DNA from: a virus
Taxonomy: Duplodnaviria; Heunggongvirae; Uroviricota; Caudoviricetes
Length of the DNA stretch: 64,000 nucleotides
Strand: one strand, 5' to 3'
IMG/VR virus record: IMGVR_UViG_2713896899_000007
Location: 7,041 to 71,040 of that record
Shown here: in pieces, positions 58,030 through 64,000 of the stretch
Position numbering within the stretch: the first letter of the stretch is position 1
Layout of the letters: the number at the start of each line of letters is the position of its first letter
Position numbers and translations under genes: made by a program
Notes under the pieces: generated by a model
The model's database searches: none
What the model was told of the DNA's origin: nothing
What the model saw: only the letters and a program-made list of their open reading frames with translations

Positions 58030-60345
58030 TCAGATTTTGCAGGCTCCGTCGCACTCATCTTCTGGCTCGACGGCAACAGCTTGCGTAAGTGGATTCTTCG
58101 GTTCGTCGTCATCACGCTTTCCTGCCCCATCTCTGGTGTTGTGGTAGTAAAGCGTTTTAACTCCCATCTTGTAGGCGAGAAGCAAATCTGACAGTAGCGT
58201 CATCATTGGGACTTTATCGCCTTCAAAGCGAGAAGGGTCATAGTTGGTATTGGCTGAAATAGCCTGGTCAAAGAACTTCTGGATGATCGCCACCTTTGTC
58301 AGATAGCCGCGGTTGTCCGGCATATCCCACAGGTATTCATACTGTTCCTTCAGTTTTTCAAACTCAGGCACGACCATCTTAACGATGCCGTCCTTAGAAG
58401 ATTTCACCGACACCGGTCCACGAGGCGGTTCGATGCCGTTGGTGGAATTAGTGATCTGGCTGGAAGTCTCGCATGGCATTTGTGCCGTCAGTGTGGAGTT
58501 GCGAAGACCGTATTTTGCAATACGTTCACGCAGTTCTTCCCACGGCATCTTTAACTCAAAGTTGGTTTCGCCACTTTCGTCTAATGAAGAACGGTAATGG
58601 TCGATCGGCAACTGACCAATTGCGTACTTGGTCTGCTCAAACCAGTCACACTCACCTTTTGCTTCAGCAAGTCGGCAGCTGGCATCAAGAAGGTAATACT
58701 GGATAGCTTCGAACGTTTCATGCACCAGTTTATTGCCAGCGGTATCAGAATAACGAACGCCATTCTTTGCCAGGTAATAAGCAAAGTTGGTTACACCGAT
58801 TCCCAGGCTACGACGAGCTTTGGCAGGCACTTCAGCTGCCTCCATCGGATAGTCTTGATAATCCAGTAACGAATCCAGTGCAGCAACGGCATAGAACGCC
58901 ACCTCTTTAAGAGACTCCAGTGAACGGATGGCTCCGAGGTTAAAAGCAGATAGAGTACACAACGCGATCTCACCGTTCGGGTCGTCGGTAAATGTCAGTG
59001 GACGGGTGGGTAGGGTGATCTCCATACACAGGTTTGACTGGCGGACAGGTGCAAGAGCAGGAATGAAAGCGCCATGCTCGTTAATATGATCGACGTTCGC
59101 AATATAAATTCGGCCCGTGGACGCTCGTTCCTGCATCAGAGATGAGAACAGCTCAATGGCAGGTACTGACTTCTTGCGAATTGAATCATCGGCTTCGTAT
59201 TTATGGTACAGCTTTTCAAACAGATCCTGGTCTGTGAAGAAGGCTTCGTACATATCAGGCACATCATGCGGGCTGAACAGAGTGATGTTCTCGCTTCTGA
59301 CGAGTCGACGGTACATTAGACGGTTACTCATGACGCCGTAATCAAGATGGCGAACGCGGTTTTCATCAATACCACGGTTATTTTTCACCACCAGCAGACT
59401 TTCAACTTCAAGATGCCAGATCGGGTAAAACGCTGTTGCTGCGCCACCACGAACACCACCTTGCGAACAAGATTTAACAGCAGTCTGGAAATGCTTCAGG
59501 AATGGAATAACTCCGGTATGGGTGGCTTCACCATTGCGGATCTCGCTGCCAAGCGCACGGATACGGCCAAAACCAATACCAATTCCAGCACGACGTGAAA
59601 CGTAGTCGATAATTGCGGCTGAAGCTGCACTAATACCTTTCAGACTATCGCCAGACTCAATCAGCACACAACTGGAGAACTGACGGGTTGGAGTACGGAC
59701 GCCGGCCATGATTGGTGTGGGCAGAGACAGTTTGAACGTACTTGTAATGTCATAGAAACCTTTGACCATCTCCATACGTGTTTTGCCCGCGCAGTCGTCT
59801 TCCCAATTCTGGAACAGACACATGCCAACCAGCATATAGATATGTTGCGGACCTTCGTGAATCTCACCAGTAACACGGTTTTGTACGAGATATTTGCTTT
59901 GCAGCTGCACCGTAGCCGCATAGCCAAAAAGATCGTCACGTTTAGGCTTAATGTAATTGCCGAGTTCTTCGATCTCTTCAAACGAATAATGTGTCAGCAA
60001 ATCCTTGTCATAAACGCCCTTGTTAACGTTCTTGACAATGTGTTGGTAGAAGTTCGGATAGTCGTAACGACCGAAGGCATCTTTGCGGATTTTAAAAATG
60101 TTCAGGCGGGCAGCCACCTGTGAGTAATTTGGTGCTTCTGGTGAGATCAAATCAGCGGCAGATTTAACCAAAGCCTCATGCAACTGGCTGGTGGTCATCC
60201 CATCAAAAATGCTGGCCACAGCTCCCATTGCTACAGCGGATGCGCTTACGCCACGAATGCCTTCTACGCCATACATTACGACGCGGTTGTATTTTTCTTC
60301 GGATAACGGCTCTGTTTGGCCGTTACGTTTTACGATGCTTATCAT
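58030..60345 (-). CDS. nrdA: Ribonucleotide reductase class Ia alpha subunit
   Basis: 771 aa; conserved blocks LPTPIMAGVRTPTRQFSSCVLIE, NLCMEI, C-terminal GACKI. Confidence 0.9.
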   Translation of the reverse strand: MISIVKRNGQTEPLSEEKYNRVVMYGVEGIRGVSASAVAMGAVASIFDGMTTSQLHEALVKSAADLISPEAPNYSQVAARLNIFKIRKDAFGRYDYPNFYQHIVKNVNKGVYDKDLLTHYSFEEIEELGNYIKPKRDDLFGYAATVQLQSKYLVQNRVTGEIHEGPQHIYMLVGMCLFQNWEDDCAGKTRMEMVKGFYDITSTFKLSLPTPIMAGVRTPTRQFSSCVLIESGDSLKGISAASAAIIDYVSRRAGIGIGFGRIRALGSEIRNGEATHTGVIPFLKHFQTAVKSCSQGGVRGGAATAFYPIWHLEVESLLVVKNNRGIDENRVRHLDYGVMSNRLMYRRLVRSENITLFSPHDVPDMYEAFFTDQDLFEKLYHKYEADDSIRKKSVPAIELFSSLMQERASTGRIYIANVDHINEHGAFIPALAPVRQSNLCMEITLPTRPLTFTDDPNGEIALCTLSAFNLGAIRSLESLKEVAFYAVAALDSLLDYQDYPMEAAEVPAKARRSLGIGVTNFAYYLAKNGVRYSDTAGNKLVHETFEAIQYYLLDASCRLAEAKGECDWFEQTKYAIGQLPIDHYRSSLDESGETNFELKMPWEELRERIAKYGLRNSTLTAQMPCETSSQITNSTNGIEPPRGPVSVKSSKDGIVKMVVPEFEKLKEQYEYLWDMPDNRGYLTKVAIIQKFFDQAISANTNYDPSRFEGDKVPMMTLLSDLLLAYKMGVKTLYYHNTRDGAGKRDDDEPKNPLTQAVAVEPEDECDGACKI

Positions 60346-60418
60346 GTATCACCAAATAAAGAGGGCCACTAAATATAGTGGCCCATGTTAATAGATAAGC
60401 ACTTACCTATCAATGAAA

Positions 60419-60988
60419 TCAAATGAGAGACTTAAGAACATCGCGCACCTGGCGGAACTGATCCGTTTGCATACCGGTATGGATGGCAGCCACCGCATCA
60501 GCCAAATGTTCGTTTTTGTTCACGAGAACATCCTGTCCAGATTGCTTACGACGCAGCCACGGTGCTTTAGGGTGTTTTTTCGTAGCCCACTGGATAATCT
60601 CTTCTTTCGATGTAGTAAGTTTATTGCCGACAAAATGCTTAATTTCGTTTGGAGTAACCTGGATCAATGGCTTATCCACACACGCAAGTACACCGATACA
60701 AATACCGTAAGACGTCTGCGAACGAGAGTTTTGGCTCCCAACCGGTAGCTCACAAAAAACCATATTTGCCTTATCAATGATTGGCTTCGCAACACGCCAT
60801 ATTTCACTGGCCCGGCGCAGATCGTCACTGTTCACACGAACGGTCTTTTTGTTACTCCCCGCTTTAGTCTCAACAAGAGTAAGGCCGTTAATCTCAAGTT
60901 CGTCCGTCTCAAGGTCTAAAGTGCCCACAGCAAGCCCAAAGTTGCTCATTGAGGGATCAACACCAACTACGCTGATTTTTTTACTCAT
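60419..60988 (-). CDS. RuvC-like Holliday junction resolvase (putative)
   Basis: N-terminal VVGVDPSMSNFGLAV and C-terminal EHLADAVAAIH resemble RuvC-fold catalytic motifs. Confidence 0.55.
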   Translation of the reverse strand: MSKKISVVGVDPSMSNFGLAVGTLDLETDELEINGLTLVETKAGSNKKTVRVNSDDLRRASEIWRVAKPIIDKANMVFCELPVGSQNSRSQTSYGICIGVLACVDKPLIQVTPNEIKHFVGNKLTTSKEEIIQWATKKHPKAPWLRRKQSGQDVLVNKNEHLADAVAAIHTGMQTDQFRQVRDVLKSLI

Positions 60989-60997
60989 ATAGTCTCC

Positions 60998-61741
60998 TTA
61001 CCATGTTCCCCATATAGGGTTTTCCAATAATCTCGCCTCCAACGAATTGGCTACTATTGCCGTTTGCAACGTTGGTTGGGGATAGTTTGTAAAACCTGAA
61101 TACTCATTTTCCTGCGTGACAAGTTTATCTGCGGCATGTTTAACGCCACTTGCTATGAAATGACGCATGATACCCAACAGCCTCCGACTGTCTGCACTAT
61201 CGTTTGCTAAAACATGAGGGAGCTGAAGTTCGATTTCTACCATTTCTCCATACTTACCAATAAACTGTAGTTTGTCCGCACTGTACTTTTTATCCCTCCT
61301 TTGGATAAGGAAATCAGTAAAAGCATCACCTGGCGATGCCAAACTATCCACCCGCTTATTGGCAAGTCGAATAAGGTTCGTGAAAGCCATACAGTGATGC
61401 GCCCCCATTCCCCCAAAGAACCCTTCGCTATTAATGTTAAGATCTTCAGTTTCATGGGATGCAATAAACCCAGGCCCGACGTTGGGAAGATATCCCCCCT
61501 CAACAAAAGGATTAATCAGGATCGGCGCAATACATCCAGGTGGTAGTGATTTCAAACTTTGCATCAATGGTGTCTCGGATATTAGACCAAGCAACGCGGC
61601 GAATTGTACTCCGTCAATATTGTTGCTGCCCCACAGAATACGTGGAGCCGCACCATTGGAAGTATGCCCATTGATCAGTTTTATCGACTGCATCACTGCA
61701 AATACCTGCAAAAACTGCGAGCGGCTTAATTTAAACGACAT
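60998..61741 (-). CDS. Hypothetical protein (possible partner of SbcC-like ATPase)
   Basis: 247-aa ORF immediately downstream of the SbcC-like gene; no Mre11/SbcD phosphoesterase motifs seen. Confidence 0.35.
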   Translation of the reverse strand: MSFKLSRSQFLQVFAVMQSIKLINGHTSNGAAPRILWGSNNIDGVQFAALLGLISETPLMQSLKSLPPGCIAPILINPFVEGGYLPNVGPGFIASHETEDLNINSEGFFGGMGAHHCMAFTNLIRLANKRVDSLASPGDAFTDFLIQRRDKKYSADKLQFIGKYGEMVEIELQLPHVLANDSADSRRLLGIMRHFIASGVKHAADKLVTQENEYSGFTNYPQPTLQTAIVANSLEARLLENPIWGTW

Positions 61742-63647
61742 AGCTGCGCCCCTCTTTAACTTCCAGCGTAATAGTTTCCCGGAACCATGACTTCATCTCT
61801 TTATGGGAGATAATCAGCACAGTACCTCGCTCGCGAGCTTTGGACTCCAGAATACCCATGAGGCGTTCAAGACCGGCTGTATCGAGTGCATCGTCAATTT
61901 CGTCGCCGATAAACAAATCGATGTTTTTACTCGCCCGGTTACTAACCAGATCCTGCAATGCCAAAGAACACGCAATGCGAACCTTCCGCTTCTCACCACC
62001 AGAGAGGGTCTGGAACGACTTACTTGAACCTTTCTTCTGCACACTAATGTTGAATTTGTCGCGATACTCACCTTTTTTAGTGACATCCATCGTCGACCAC
62101 TCAGCAGTAATATTCCCGTCAGACAACGTATTGAGATACTCAGCTGTACGTGTATTCAGGAAAGGCGTAACAGACGTCAAAATATGAGAACGCCCCCCGG
62201 CAGGAGAGTAGACCTGACGAGCTTTTTCCAATAGCAACGTTTGTTCCTGAATAGCCTTCAACTCATCTTTTAAGGACTTGAAGGTAGACTTACTGGATGC
62301 CAGGTTATCTTCGTGTCTGGCGATAAGTGCAATAAACGGATTAACCTCTTTTGAGATACGATCTACCTCTGCACGAGCACGAGTAACAAGAGACTCAATA
62401 GCAACAACCTCCTTCTCACGATGACGCAAAGATGAGAGTTGTTTAGTAAGCTCCTCAATCCGGGCAATGATAGCCGTTACATCAGGTGTCGTTTTAACAA
62501 GGGCAGACTCAATGCTTAACGCTTTCTCAAGATTCGTTTTGTGTTTAGCCATTGCCTCTGCAAGTGTCTTCGCCTGACCAATTTCCTGACGTGCTTGTTC
62601 AATGAAATTCTCCTTCACCGTTGATAGATCTTCTTCGCAGTAGGCTTTGCCACAAGTAGGGCATGGCGATCCCACTTTAGTGCCAACCTCTTCTGCTTTA
62701 GTCTTAAAATTGCGCGCGCGGCTCATTGCATCAGCCTGACTATTTTCTGTAGCTTTGATGCTTGCCCGAATATCAGTTATCGCACCACGCACTTTGAGCA
62801 ACTTGGCGTCATGTTCTTCTTTTGAGGCTAACTTTTTGCGCTCACTTTCGATTGCCTTCTCGGTATCACGGATCTGTTCGGGAAGAGTGCGGATCTCAAG
62901 TTCAACTTCCGTTAACTCAACTTCGGCACTTGCCAGCCCAGCCAAGGCATCGTCATAACGTTTAGAACGCTCTTGTTCCCATGATTCAGAGGAGGCTTTC
63001 GCGGACTCAATTTCTGACTGTGTTGCCTCAATGGTCGAGATTGTCGACTCCAATTTGGTTTTAACCACATCCATACGTGCGGCAGCTGCATTAGCTCGCT
63101 CACGAGCAATAGCGTAGGCGCGTGTCAGTCTGTCAACGCCAGCGGCTTCTTCTACGATGGTTTTGAGGTTTTTGTCGGACATTCCAGGTAAATCTGGCAT
63201 AGCTTCTTGGCTCGCATAGATGGAAGCCATGAAAACCTCTTTAGATGCACCGATCAGACGCTCGACGAACTCCTGCGTCAGCGCATCTTTGCCTTTCGTC
63301 ATATCGCCATCTTCACCACGAACGATAAGACGATTTTTGAACTCTTTGTGTTTACGGTGACGAATGATCGCATATCTCTTGCCTTCATCCTCGATGGTTA
63401 CTGCAACACGACAGTTCTTTTCATGGTCGGTAGACAACACATCGTCACCCTTCACACTATGAGCTGTTTCGCCATAAAGACACCACATCAGGCTATTCAT
63501 TAGAGTTGACTTTCCAGAGCCATTACTTGATGCGGAACTATCATCACTATTAACGCCCTGAATTAGCACTAAACCACGCTGATCTAACTCGACCTCCGCG
63601 CTGGCGATAGCCATAAAATTCTCAACCTGGAGCTTTAAAAACTTCAT
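61731..63647 (-). CDS. SbcC/Rad50-like recombination ATPase
   Basis: N-terminal Walker A NGSGKST, long coiled coil with CPTC zinc-hook-like motif, C-terminal signature SGGEKRK and Walker B LFIGDEIDDALD. Confidence 0.75.
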   Translation of the reverse strand: MKFLKLQVENFMAIASAEVELDQRGLVLIQGVNSDDSSASSNGSGKSTLMNSLMWCLYGETAHSVKGDDVLSTDHEKNCRVAVTIEDEGKRYAIIRHRKHKEFKNRLIVRGEDGDMTKGKDALTQEFVERLIGASKEVFMASIYASQEAMPDLPGMSDKNLKTIVEEAAGVDRLTRAYAIARERANAAAARMDVVKTKLESTISTIEATQSEIESAKASSESWEQERSKRYDDALAGLASAEVELTEVELEIRTLPEQIRDTEKAIESERKKLASKEEHDAKLLKVRGAITDIRASIKATENSQADAMSRARNFKTKAEEVGTKVGSPCPTCGKAYCEEDLSTVKENFIEQARQEIGQAKTLAEAMAKHKTNLEKALSIESALVKTTPDVTAIIARIEELTKQLSSLRHREKEVVAIESLVTRARAEVDRISKEVNPFIALIARHEDNLASSKSTFKSLKDELKAIQEQTLLLEKARQVYSPAGGRSHILTSVTPFLNTRTAEYLNTLSDGNITAEWSTMDVTKKGEYRDKFNISVQKKGSSKSFQTLSGGEKRKVRIACSLALQDLVSNRASKNIDLFIGDEIDDALDTAGLERLMGILESKARERGTVLIISHKEMKSWFRETITLEVKEGRSYVV

Positions 63648-63922
63648 ATAACACCTTTGATACCGTGTGTTAGCTTTTGACCTTCTTTCAATCTGAACTC
63701 CGTATGCGCCGGGAAGGATCTGCGTCTCAATACGCCTTTTCTTGTTAACCTTCCAAGATAAAACGCTACGGGATTTCCTTGTGGCGGGTAGGGCTTGTGA
63801 AACATCACCGTCTGGCCTCGTTCAAGTCTTTTCATCGTGATGGCAAAGTCTCGAAAGCTCCCATAACGACTTTGCCTCACACAGCCTCCGAACTCTCCGC
63901 TTCGGTGAGGATTTCCTGACAC
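63644..63922 (-). CDS. Hypothetical small basic protein
   Basis: 92-aa ORF overlapping the SbcC-like start by 4 bp. Confidence 0.3.
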   Translation of the reverse strand: MSGNPHRSGEFGGCVRQSRYGSFRDFAITMKRLERGQTVMFHKPYPPQGNPVAFYLGRLTRKGVLRRRSFPAHTEFRLKEGQKLTHGIKGVI

Positions 63923-64000
63923 AAAATGGATTTGCCCCTATATTTCCAGACACCTGTTATCACTTAACCCATTACTGGCCTGCTGCCGCAGATATTCCCG

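Noticed and set aside
1-64000. Integrase, excisionase or lysis cassette that would define prophage ends
   Set aside because: No tyrosine or serine recombinase motifs and no endolysin or holin recognised; the metG-end repeats are therefore reported as an unexplained duplication rather than a confirmed att site

Overview
The window is dominated by one siphovirus-type phage (or phage-plasmid) genome, transcribed almost entirely on the minus strand, with an intact enterobacterial metG-apbC gene pair embedded in the middle of it. All calls are from reading the sequence and ORF track by eye; no database search was run. Layout: (1) 1-18991, late structural operon: lambda-like tail tip genes J (truncated by the window edge), I, K, L, M, a 1528-aa tape measure protein, tail chaperones, major tail protein, head-tail proteins, Ig-like decoration protein, major capsid, scaffold, portal, large and small terminase. 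(2) 19188-22379, a ParB-ParB-ABC ATPase-GNAT-wHTH module. (3) 22444-28133, a plus-strand SF2 helicase followed by a strongly AT-rich island of eight uncharacterised genes, closed by stacked terminators. (4) 28300-33640, small minus-strand early genes that share a conserved promoter/leader motif, two arrays of a 'CCGTTTCCC' repeat, and an 800-bp ORF-poor, G+T-skewed, iteron-like region. (5) 33497-37795, a catalytically degenerate SpoT-type HD hydrolase paralog flanked by two diverged 140-bp copies of the metG 3' end, then metG and apbC. (6) 37797-64000, a LexA-box-controlled UmuD'-like gene, a candidate split primase, an intact SpoT-type small alarmone hydrolase, two DNA methyltransferases, RNase H, a DnaQ-like exonuclease, dNMP kinase, DHFR, thymidylate synthase with two insertions, NrdAB, and a RuvC-like/SbcC-like recombination module. 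No integrase, lysis cassette, DNA polymerase, tRNA or CRISPR array was recognised. The most promising candidates for an undescribed system are the AT-rich island, the ParB/ABC/GNAT module, the iteron-like region and the metG-end duplication with the degenerate hydrolase. Gene content is reminiscent of SSU5/pHCM2-type phage-plasmids, but that is recollection only.
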